A stretch of 64,000 bases of DNA. Origin: an uncultured Pseudomonadota bacterium. GTDB taxonomy: Bacteria > Myxococcota_A > UBA796 > JAFGLY01. The notes beneath the pieces are model-generated. The model did no database searches and was not told the DNA's origin. It worked only from the letters and a program-made list of their open reading frames with translations. The stretch covers positions 17,384-81,383 of the forward strand of contig CALDOK010000195.1 of NCBI GenBank assembly GCA_937912125.1, in the 5' to 3' direction. Of the stretch, positions 34,208-45,139 are shown piece by piece. The first letter of the stretch is position 1, and the number at the start of each line of letters is the position of its first letter. The position numbers were made by a program, and so were the translations under genes.

Positions 34208-34945
34208 ATGGCACCACTCCGCTGCACCAGTCTCCTGATCCTGGCTCTGCTGCCCAACGCCGCACACGCAGCCATCATCGGCAACCCCGTGGCCCGCCCC
34301 AGCGCCGGCTGGCTCGCCGTGGGGGTAGCGGCTGACGCCCAGGCTTCGGTCTACGACGCCCGAGACTGTGCGGGCGAGGCCTGCGAGGCCGTGTGGCGTC
34401 CATCGCAGATCGGGGGGCGCCTCGAGCTCGCGCTGCTCCCTGGCCTGGGCCTGCAGGGCGGCGGGGCCTGGATGCGCGAGACCATCAGCGAGGCCACCTA
34501 CGCCGGCCGGGGCGGCGCCTGGTGGGGCGGTGTAGAGGCCGCGATCCCCGTAGGCGACGAGATCCATATCGCCGCCGTGGGCCAGATCGAGCACAGCGCC
34601 ACCCGCGAGCAGGCCAGCGGGAGCACCGAGCTGCTGGGCCGCGCCATCACCACCAGCGTGCAGCTGGCCGGGCTGCTGGCCTGGGCTCCCGAGGATGACA
34701 GCTTCGCCCTGTACGGCGGCGTCGCGTTCGACCCGCTGCATCGGCAGTTCACCGCCCTGTACGACCTGGACGTCGAGCTCGAGCTCTACCCCGCCGCGCC
34801 CTTCGAGGGCGTCGTGGGCATGGAGCTGCGCTCTGGCCCCCTGGGGCTGCCCTGGGCCAGCTCCAGCGGCCACATGGTCGTAGGCATCGAAGCGCGCGTA
34901 GACCGAGGGCTCACTGGCGGCCTCTGGCTGGGCGTGGCGTACTGA
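34208..34945 (+). CDS. Predicted outer-membrane beta-barrel protein
   Basis: ATG 34208 lies within ORF 33827..34945. Signal peptide MAPLRCTSLLILALLPNAAHA, alternating strands, and a C-terminal ...GGLWLGVAY aromatic terminus. Confidence 0.6.
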   Translation: MAPLRCTSLLILALLPNAAHAAIIGNPVARPSAGWLAVGVAADAQASVYDARDCAGEACEAVWRPSQIGGRLELALLPGLGLQGGGAWMRETISEATYAGRGGAWWGGVEAAIPVGDEIHIAAVGQIEHSATREQASGSTELLGRAITTSVQLAGLLAWAPEDDSFALYGGVAFDPLHRQFTALYDLDVELELYPAAPFEGVVGMELRSGPLGLPWASSSGHMVVGIEARVDRGLTGGLWLGVAY

Positions 34946-34959
34946 CGCAGGCTGGGGAG

Positions 34960-38033
<3,074 letters not shown>

Positions 38034-38074
38034 CTAACCCCGTCGGGAGCCTGGAGCATGCCCCAGGCTACGAG

Positions 38075-38572
38075 GTGTGCGTGGAACCCAAGCGCGACCA
38101 GCTCAGCGAGCTCCTGGGCGAGCTCAGGCGGAAGCCGAAGTGCCACGACACCCGCGTCCAGGCTGCCCGCACCGCCCTGGCCCTGTGTTTTCGCGAGGGG
38201 GACCCTCACCTGGCCGACGTGGCCGAGTCCCTGGTCGTGGACGTCCCCCGCCTCACCCCGCGCGCCAAGCGGGCCGAGCTGGACAAGCTCGCCGCTCAGG
38301 CCACCGCCACCCGCCGGGCCGTGGCCATGGCCCACGGCCAGGCTCACGCTGATCCCTCGAGCCTGGCCGAGGCCCTCAGCAGCGACCCCGACCACCTGGC
38401 CGCCGAGGTCGAGCAGCGCCTGCTCGCCGACCAGCCATCCCTGGCCCGCGCAGTGCTCGAGGTCGGCCTGACTCGCCACCGCGAACACCCTCGGCTGCGG
38501 GAGCTGCAGCGCCGCTACCACGAGCGCTGGCCCTGCGGCGCCCCCTGCGCCAAGGCCGGCGCGGACAAGTAG
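38075..38572 (+). CDS. Hypothetical helical protein
   Basis: An ORF with coding-like composition. No motif recognised. Confidence 0.45.
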   Translation: MCVEPKRDQLSELLGELRRKPKCHDTRVQAARTALALCFREGDPHLADVAESLVVDVPRLTPRAKRAELDKLAAQATATRRAVAMAHGQAHADPSSLAEALSSDPDHLAAEVEQRLLADQPSLARAVLEVGLTRHREHPRLRELQRRYHERWPCGAPCAKAGADK

Positions 38573-38620
38573 CGATCCGCCCAGCACGCTCCCGCGGACA
38601 CCCTCTGTCCGAGCGTCTGC

Positions 38621-38649
38621 TTGACAGCCCCCGGTACCAACCGGATAAT
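38621..38649 (+). promoter_or_regulatory. Sigma-70-type promoter TTGACA-17-GATAAT upstream of rho
   Basis: TTGACA at 38621-38626, a 17-nt spacer, GATAAT at 38644-38649. Confidence 0.55.
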
Positions 38650-38711
38650 CTGGCCTCCCCGCCCCCACGTCCCCCCGCATACTCCCCTCCCCTCCCTCCT
38701 CGGCTCCCCCC
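38650..38711 (+). promoter_or_regulatory. C-rich, G-poor leader of rho (rut-like), no Shine-Dalgarno
   Basis: ctggcctccccgcccccacgtccccccgcatactcccctcccctccctcctcggctcccccc. I count 7 G in 62 nt, and most of the rest is C. Confidence 0.45.
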
Positions 38712-39980
38712 ATGGACATCGATCTCAACGACCTTAGATCGCGCACTACGGCGGAGCTGGTCAAGCTCGCACATCAAGCCTCCGTCGAGAAGGCCACCAG
38801 CCTGGGGCGCCAGGATCTCGTGTTCGAGATCCTCTGCGAGCGCATCCCCAAGGGGGCCCAGGTGCCCGGGGCGGGCGTGCTCGAGATCCTCCCGGATGGC
38901 TTCGGGTTCCTGCGCACACCCAGCGCCGGCTACCTGCCTGGTGCCGACGACATCTACGTCTCCCCCTCCCAGATCCGACGCTTCCACCTGCGCACGGGGG
39001 ACTACGTCGAGGGCCGCGTCCGCACCCCCAAGGAGAACGAGCGCTACATCGCGCTCATCAAGGTCGAGCAGGTCAACGGCTACGACCCCGAGCTCCAGGA
39101 CCGCCCCCTGCTGTTCGACAACCTGGTGGCCGAGCACCCATCCCAGCGGATGCTGCTCGAGCACGATCCCGCCGAGCACACCACCCGCTTGCTCGAGCTC
39201 CTGGCGCCCATGGGCCTGGGGCAGCGGGTGCTCGTCCACGGCGACGGCGGCGCCGATGTGCTGCTGCTCTACGCACACATCCTGGCCGGCATCCGGGCCA
39301 ACCACCCCGACGTCATCCCCTTCCTGCTGCTGGTTCAGGCCCGCCCCGAGGACGCCACCGCCGCCGAGGACCTCCCATGCGAGGTCGTGGCCACCACCTT
39401 CGACGAACCCGCCAACCGCCACACCCAGGCTTCCGAGATCGTAGGTGAGCGCGCCCGACGCCTGGCCGAAGCCGGCAAGCACGTCGTGGTGATGGTGCAC
39501 TCCCTCACCCGCCTGTGCCGCGCCTACGAAGAGCTGGCCGGCGGCACCGCCCGCCTGGGCGGCTCGGGCCTCGAGGGCAGCATCCTGGGCAAGCCTCGCC
39601 GGCTACTGGCCGACGCTCGCCGGCTGCGCGAAGGTGGATCCCTCACGGTTTTCGCCTCCCTCACCACGCCCACCAACTCCCGCCTCGATCAGGGCATCCT
39701 CGAGGTCTTCCAGGACACCTCCAAGGTCCGCATCACACTCGACAGCGCCCTCGCCCTGCCGGGTGTGGTTCCGGGCATCGATCCCCTGCGAACGGCCAAT
39801 GGCGGCGCACACCTCCTGCTCCCCGCCGCGCAGCTACGGGCTCATTCTCGCTTGCGCGCCGGCCTGGGCAGCAGCCCTCGCCAGGCCCTCACGATCCTCA
39901 CCAGCGCCCTCGAGTCCCACCTCGACAACGCCTCACTGCTCGATGCCGGGCTTGACAAGGCGACCGAAACGGGCGATTAG
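38712..39980 (+). CDS. rho: Transcription termination factor Rho homologue with degenerate ATPase motifs
   Basis: The N-terminal and RNA-binding domains are near-canonical (VLEILPDGFGFLR, DDIYVSPSQIRRFHLRTGD). The RecA-like half is recognisable (VVATTFDEPANRH, SLTRLCRAY, EGGSLT) but lacks Walker A Lys/Thr and Walker B Asp. Synteny is rho-rpmE-prfA-prmC. Confidence 0.85.
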   Translation: MDIDLNDLRSRTTAELVKLAHQASVEKATSLGRQDLVFEILCERIPKGAQVPGAGVLEILPDGFGFLRTPSAGYLPGADDIYVSPSQIRRFHLRTGDYVEGRVRTPKENERYIALIKVEQVNGYDPELQDRPLLFDNLVAEHPSQRMLLEHDPAEHTTRLLELLAPMGLGQRVLVHGDGGADVLLLYAHILAGIRANHPDVIPFLLLVQARPEDATAAEDLPCEVVATTFDEPANRHTQASEIVGERARRLAEAGKHVVVMVHSLTRLCRAYEELAGGTARLGGSGLEGSILGKPRRLLADARRLREGGSLTVFASLTTPTNSRLDQGILEVFQDTSKVRITLDSALALPGVVPGIDPLRTANGGAHLLLPAAQLRAHSRLRAGLGSSPRQALTILTSALESHLDNASLLDAGLDKATETGD

Positions 39981-40028
39981 GCGCGCCGCGTTTATCCATC
40001 TCCATCCGGACCGCCCGGAGGGCAGGCC

Positions 40029-40247
40029 ATGAAGCCCGATATCCATCCCAAGTACATCGAGTGCACCGTCACCTGTGTGTGCGGCAACTCTTTTGCGACT
40101 CGCTCGCTCAACCCCGAGATGAAGATCGAGATCTGCTCGGCTTGCCATCCCTTCTTCACTGGCAAGCAGAAGATCATCGACACCGCCGGCCGCGTCGAGC
40201 GGTTCATGCGCAAGTGGGGTTTGGCCGAGACCGAGCCGCCCGCGTAG
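40029..40247 (+). CDS. rpmE: 50S ribosomal protein L31 (Zn-binding type)
   Basis: MKPDIHPKY...CVCGNSF...[24 protein letters not shown]. Confidence 0.95.
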   Translation: MKPDIHPKYIECTVTCVCGNSFATRSLNPEMKIEICSACHPFFTGKQKIIDTAGRVERFMRKWGLAETEPPA

Positions 40248-40273
40248 CCCACGCGCTCGTTTCGACTCTCTCG

Positions 40274-41323
40274 ATGCTCCACGCCCCCCCCCCTGAGGCA
40301 GCCCCCCGACCCTATGTCGGCGGGCAAGCCATCATCGAGGGGGTGTTCATGCGTGCGCCACGGGCGCTGGCCATGGCGGTGCGGCTGCCATCGGGCGAGA
40401 TCACCACTCAGGCCCAGCCCTACACGCCCTTCTTCCAGGGCTACAGGGTCTTCAAGCTCCCGTTCGTGCGGGGCGCCTTTGTGATGATCGATGCCCTGGT
40501 GGTGGGCATGAAGGCCCTGTCCTGGTCGGCGGAGCAAGCCGCCATCGAGGATGGCGGCGGGCCGCTGGACTCCCCCGCCGAGCGCCCCGAGCGGCCGCCG
40601 CTCAAGGACCGCTTGGCCCTGGGCGGCACCATGGCCTTCTCCCTGGTGCTGGGCATCGGTCTGTTCGTGGCCTTGCCGCACCTGCTCACCGACGGCCTGG
40701 GCTGGGCCACCGGCACGGCGCTGGACGTCGAAGGCGCAGCCTTCCACATCGTGGACGGCATCGTCAAGCTGGGGATCTTCCTGGCCTACATCGCGCTGAT
40801 TCGGCGTTCACCCGAGATCTTGCGGGTCTTCGCCTACCACGGCGCCGAGCACAAGACCATCTATGCCTACGAGGCTGGCCTCCCCCTCGAGCTCGAGCAC
40901 GTCCGCAAGCAGACCCGCTTCCACCCCCGCTGCGGCACCAGCTTCATCCTGTTCGTGGTGAGCATCTCCATCCTCGTCTTCGCGGTGGTCTTCCCCCTGC
41001 TGCCGCCGCTCCCCGTCGAGCATCGGCTGCTCAAGAACCTCGCGCAGGTGGCCATCAAGCTGCCCCTCACCCTCCCCGTGGCGGCGGTCAGCTACGAGAT
41101 CATCCGCGCCTCCAGCCGCTTCTACACCAAGGCCGCGGTCTTCCGCTGGCTGGCGCTGCCGGGCCTTGCGATGCAGCGGCTCACCACCGAAGAGCCGGAC
41201 GACGAGCAGCTCGCCGTGGCCATCGCGGCCCTCTCCAGCGCGCTGGCGGTGGAGCAGACTCTCGGGGGCAACGTTCTCGGGCTCGAGGGCGAGGTCTTCG
41301 AGCTGGGGGCACCCTCCTCCTGA
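40274..41323 (+). CDS. DUF1385-family membrane protein
   Basis: ATG 40274 lies within ORF 40061..41323. GGQAIIEGVFMR, the YHGAEHK signature, RFHPRCGTSF, and the conserved position between rpmE and prfA. Confidence 0.8.
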   Translation: MLHAPPPEAAPRPYVGGQAIIEGVFMRAPRALAMAVRLPSGEITTQAQPYTPFFQGYRVFKLPFVRGAFVMIDALVVGMKALSWSAEQAAIEDGGGPLDSPAERPERPPLKDRLALGGTMAFSLVLGIGLFVALPHLLTDGLGWATGTALDVEGAAFHIVDGIVKLGIFLAYIALIRRSPEILRVFAYHGAEHKTIYAYEAGLPLELEHVRKQTRFHPRCGTSFILFVVSISILVFAVVFPLLPPLPVEHRLLKNLAQVAIKLPLTLPVAAVSYEIIRASSRFYTKAAVFRWLALPGLAMQRLTTEEPDDEQLAVAIAALSSALAVEQTLGGNVLGLEGEVFELGAPSS

Positions 41324-41479
41324 CAGGACCGCGTTCTGCAGCCGCCTCCCAGGCGGCGCTATGACGCAGCGACGCAGGTGCCGGCTACACGAACGCTGCC
41401 GAGCGGGTCCACCCTGTCGGCTGCGCCCGCGTTAAGCACACAACCCCGTGTTCCGGGAAAGCTCACCCTGGAGAGACCG

Positions 41480-42568
41480 ATGTTCGACCGACTCAACGAG
41501 GTCCAGGCTCGCGCCGACGAGATCAACAGAAAGCTGAGCGACCCCGATGTAGCCCGTGACCACCGCCGCATGACCGAGCTGCACAAGGAACTGTCCAAGC
41601 TCGAGCCAGTGGTCGAGGTCTACATCGCCTGGAAGCAGAACAAGACGGAGCTGGCAGACGCCCGGCTCATGCTGGACGATCCCGAGATGCGCGACATGGC
41701 CCAGGAAGAGGTCGAGCTGCTCGAGGAGCAGCTCACCCAGTACGAGGCGCAGCTCAAGCTGCTGCTGCTGCCCAAGGACCCCTACGAAGGCCGCAACGTC
41801 ATCCTCGAGATCCGAGCCGGCACCGGGGGCGACGAAGCCGCCCTGTTCGCTGGCGATCTGTTCAGGATGTACAACTACTACTGCGAGCAGAACAAGCTCA
41901 AGTTCGAGGTCTTCTCGGCCCACGAGATCACCGTCGGGGGAGGCGGGGGTCGGTCGGCCTGCGGCTACAAGGAGATCCTCTGCAAGATCTCCGGCGAGGC
42001 GGCCTACACCCACCTGGCCTTCGAGGGTGGAACGCATCGTGTGCAGCGCGTCCCGCTCACCGAGACCCAGGGTCGCGTACACACCTCCGCGGCCACCGTG
42101 GCGGTGCTGCCCGAGGCCGAAGAGGTCGAGATCGACATCGCCCCCAACGAGCTTCGCATCGACGTGATGCGGGCCGGCGGCCCCGGAGGCCAGTCGGTCA
42201 ACACCACCGACTCCGCAGTGCGCATCGTCCACATCCCCACCAACATCACGGTCATCTGCCAAGACGAGAAGTCCCAGCACAAGAACAAGGCGCGGGCCAT
42301 GTCGGTGCTCTCGGCTCGCCTGCTCCAGAGAAAGCAAGACGAAGCCATGGCCGAGGTGACCGCTGCTCGGCGCTCCATGGTGGGCAGCGGCGATCGCTCA
42401 GAGAAGATCCGCACCTACAACTTTCCCCAGAACCGCGTCACGGATCATCGCATCAACCTCACCCTCTACAAGCTCGACCGCGTCATGAATGGCGACCTGA
42501 GCGAGCTGATCTCGGGGCTGCAGGCCAGCAACCAGGCGATGCTGCTCGCAGCTCAGGACGAAGGTTAG
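41480..42568 (+). CDS. prfA: Peptide chain release factor 1
   Basis: ATG 41480. [55 protein letters not shown] motif [24 protein letters not shown]. Confidence 0.95.
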   Translation: MFDRLNEVQARADEINRKLSDPDVARDHRRMTELHKELSKLEPVVEVYIAWKQNKTELADARLMLDDPEMRDMAQEEVELLEEQLTQYEAQLKLLLLPKDPYEGRNVILEIRAGTGGDEAALFAGDLFRMYNYYCEQNKLKFEVFSAHEITVGGGGGRSACGYKEILCKISGEAAYTHLAFEGGTHRVQRVPLTETQGRVHTSAATVAVLPEAEEVEIDIAPNELRIDVMRAGGPGGQSVNTTDSAVRIVHIPTNITVICQDEKSQHKNKARAMSVLSARLLQRKQDEAMAEVTAARRSMVGSGDRSEKIRTYNFPQNRVTDHRINLTLYKLDRVMNGDLSELISGLQASNQAMLLAAQDEG

Positions 42569-42575
42569 CGCGGCC

Positions 42576-43430
42576 ATGGAAGACCTGGGCCGCATCCTGG
42601 CCCTGAGCGCCGACTTCCTCCGGGATCGCGGGGTGGCCAGCGCCAAGCTGGACGCCTCCCTGCTGGTGGGTCACGCCCTGGGCCTCACTCGGATGCAGGT
42701 CTATCTCCAGACGGATCGGCCCCTCGACCAAGCCGAGCTCGACGCCATCCGAGCCCTGCTGCGCCGCCGGGCAATGCGCGAGCCCCTGGCCTACATCACC
42801 GGCCACCGGGAGTTCATGAGCCTGGACTTCTCCCTGCTCCCGGGGCTGCTGGTGCCGCGGCCGGACAGCGAGCTCTTGGTCGAGGCCCTGCTCCGGCGGA
42901 TCCCCGCCGAGCGCGAGGAGCCCCTGTTCGTGGCGGACGTGGGCTGCGGCTCGGGCTGCCTGGGGCTGTCCCTGGCGCACGCCCGGGCCTGTGTGCGCGT
43001 CTACGCCGTGGACCGGTCCAGGCAGGCCCTGGCCTGCACCAAGGCCAACGCAATGGCCCTGGGCCTCGAGGGCCGCGTGGGGCTGCTGGAGGGCGATCTG
43101 CTGGCCCCAGTGCCCAGCGATCGTCCCATCGACTGGGTGCTGTCGAACCCGCCCTACATCCCCAGCGCGGAGCTGGAAGGGCTCGAGCCCGAGGTGGTCC
43201 GCTACGAGGACCGCGGCGCCTTGGACGGCGGCCCCGACGGGCTGGACATCATCCGCCGCCTGCTCCCTCAGGCCGCAGCCCGCGCGCGGGTGGGCATCGT
43301 GATGGAGCATGCCTGGCAGCAGGGCCCTGCCACCGTCGCGCTGGCCCTCGAGGCGGGGTTCGCTGCAGCCGAGACGTCAAAGGACCTGGCGGGGAAGGAC
43401 CGCTGCCTGCTGGCCGTTGTCGAAGCCTGA
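42576..43430 (+). CDS. prmC: Release-factor glutamine N5-methyltransferase
   Basis: REPLAYITGHREF, SAM motif VADVGCGSGCLG, catalytic NPPY (VLSNPPYIP). Confidence 0.9.
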   Translation: MEDLGRILALSADFLRDRGVASAKLDASLLVGHALGLTRMQVYLQTDRPLDQAELDAIRALLRRRAMREPLAYITGHREFMSLDFSLLPGLLVPRPDSELLVEALLRRIPAEREEPLFVADVGCGSGCLGLSLAHARACVRVYAVDRSRQALACTKANAMALGLEGRVGLLEGDLLAPVPSDRPIDWVLSNPPYIPSAELEGLEPEVVRYEDRGALDGGPDGLDIIRRLLPQAAARARVGIVMEHAWQQGPATVALALEAGFAAAETSKDLAGKDRCLLAVVEA

Positions 43431-44927
43431 TCAGACCGTCGCGATCTTGCCAGCACCCACCCACGGGACCTTGCCCAGCACCGAAGACTTGATGATCTCG
43501 GAGAACACCACCGCGCCCCCCATCATCTCCGTGAGCTCTTCCCGGCTCTCGGTCTTGGACAGCTTGCGCTTGAGCAGGTCGGGGCGCAGGTAGAAGCTGG
43601 CGTAGGCCTTGGTGCGCCACTTGCGCAGATCTTCGGCGCTGAATGTCTCGGTCTCGAGCTGAGGCAGCGTGCCGCCCCCGTTTCGGGTGTAGTCCAGCCA
43701 GGGATCGCCCGAGACGTACCCGCGTTCCCGGGAGATGTCGTACAGCTCGGTGGCAGGCAGGATGGTGGCCACGGAGAAGCTGGCCCAGTCCAGGCCCAGC
43801 TCGCAGGAGAAGTCGATGGTGGACTGCAGGTCGTGCACGGTGGCATCGGGGTAGCCCAGCATGAAGTAGCCGCGCGTCTCGATGCCCGCCTCGCGGGCGA
43901 TGCGGAAGGCCCGCTCGCACATCTCGCGGGTGATGCCCTTGTTCATGATCTTGAGCATGCGGTCCGTGCCCGCCTCGACCCCCATGTGGATGGAGCGCAG
44001 GCCCGCAGCCTTGAGCGCCTCGAGCACCTCGCGGTCCACCGTGTCCACCCGGGCGCGGATGTTGAAGCGAACCTTCAGGTCGCGACGCAACACCTCCTCG
44101 GCGAAGCGCAGCATACGCTGCTTGCCGATGGTGAAGGTCTCGTCGAACATGACGATCTCGCGGATGCCCCAGGTCTTCTCGAGCCAGGCCATCTCCTCGA
44201 CCACCGCGTCGATGGAGCGGAAGCGGAGCTTCTCGGAGTAGACCTGCGAGCAGTAGCCGCAGTGCCAGGGGCAGCCCCGGGAGGTGACCATGGTGGCCAT
44301 GGGCTTCAGCACCGTGAGGCAGTGGTAGCGCTCCATGGGCATCAGATCGAAGGCGCTGAACGGGAAACGATCCAGGTCGTGGACAACGGGCCGGGGCGGG
44401 TTGAGCACCACCTCGCCGCCTGGTCGGCGGGACGCCGTGCCCGGCACGTCCCAGGGCTCGTCGCCGTGCTCGAGGCGCTCGCAGATCTCGAGCAGGGTGT
44501 CTTCGCCATCGCCCACGGCGGTGATGTCGATGCACTCCCAGACCAGCGACTCGGTGGGGTAGATGGTCATGTGGGGACCGCCCACCACCACCAGGGCCTT
44601 GGGGATCACGCTCCGCACCAGCTGCGCGATCTGCAACACCGCCGGCCAGCCCAGGGTCTTGCAGGTGAGCGCGACGATCCGGGGGTCGTACTCCCGCAGG
44701 CTGTCGGCGGCCTGCTCGACCAGCACGTTCTCGGCGTGCAGATCGATCATGGCCACCGGGAAGCCGTTCTGGCGCAGCCACGAAGCCAGGCCCCCGAGGG
44801 AGAGGCTGGGGTAGATGCCCATCTTCTCCGCGGCCTTCTGGGACAGAGGCTGCTGATCGGCGGCCTCGTGGTACTTCACGAAGAGCACGCGGGTGCGCTT
44901 GGTGCCGGGGCTGTGTTTGCCGAGCAT
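43431..44927 (-). CDS. B12-binding-domain radical SAM enzyme (class B) no. 2
   Basis: IVALTCKT...VVGGPHMT...AVGDGE; rSAM TSRGCPWHCGYCS (CX3CX2C). Its stop is back-to-back with the prmC stop (TGATCA). Confidence 0.85.
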   Translation of the reverse strand: MLGKHSPGTKRTRVLFVKYHEAADQQPLSQKAAEKMGIYPSLSLGGLASWLRQNGFPVAMIDLHAENVLVEQAADSLREYDPRIVALTCKTLGWPAVLQIAQLVRSVIPKALVVVGGPHMTIYPTESLVWECIDITAVGDGEDTLLEICERLEHGDEPWDVPGTASRRPGGEVVLNPPRPVVHDLDRFPFSAFDLMPMERYHCLTVLKPMATMVTSRGCPWHCGYCSQVYSEKLRFRSIDAVVEEMAWLEKTWGIREIVMFDETFTIGKQRMLRFAEEVLRRDLKVRFNIRARVDTVDREVLEALKAAGLRSIHMGVEAGTDRMLKIMNKGITREMCERAFRIAREAGIETRGYFMLGYPDATVHDLQSTIDFSCELGLDWASFSVATILPATELYDISRERGYVSGDPWLDYTRNGGGTLPQLETETFSAEDLRKWRTKAYASFYLRPDLLKRKLSKTESREELTEMMGGAVVFSEIIKSSVLGKVPWVGAGKIATV

Positions 44928-45139
44928 GGGTCACGGGGGCTGAGGGAGGGCCCAATGTAGCACCGCGAACCCGCGCGGGGTGTCCGCCAGGCTACCGAGA
45001 CCGGGGCCCGCCGGAGGGTCGGCAGACTCCGCCCTGCAGGCAAGCATGATATGAGTGCACCACAGTCCGGGGGCCAGCGGTCCTTGCGCCGTCCTTCCCC
45101 CTGGGACCCTCCCCACCTCATCTCCTCGCTGGAGTGTCC

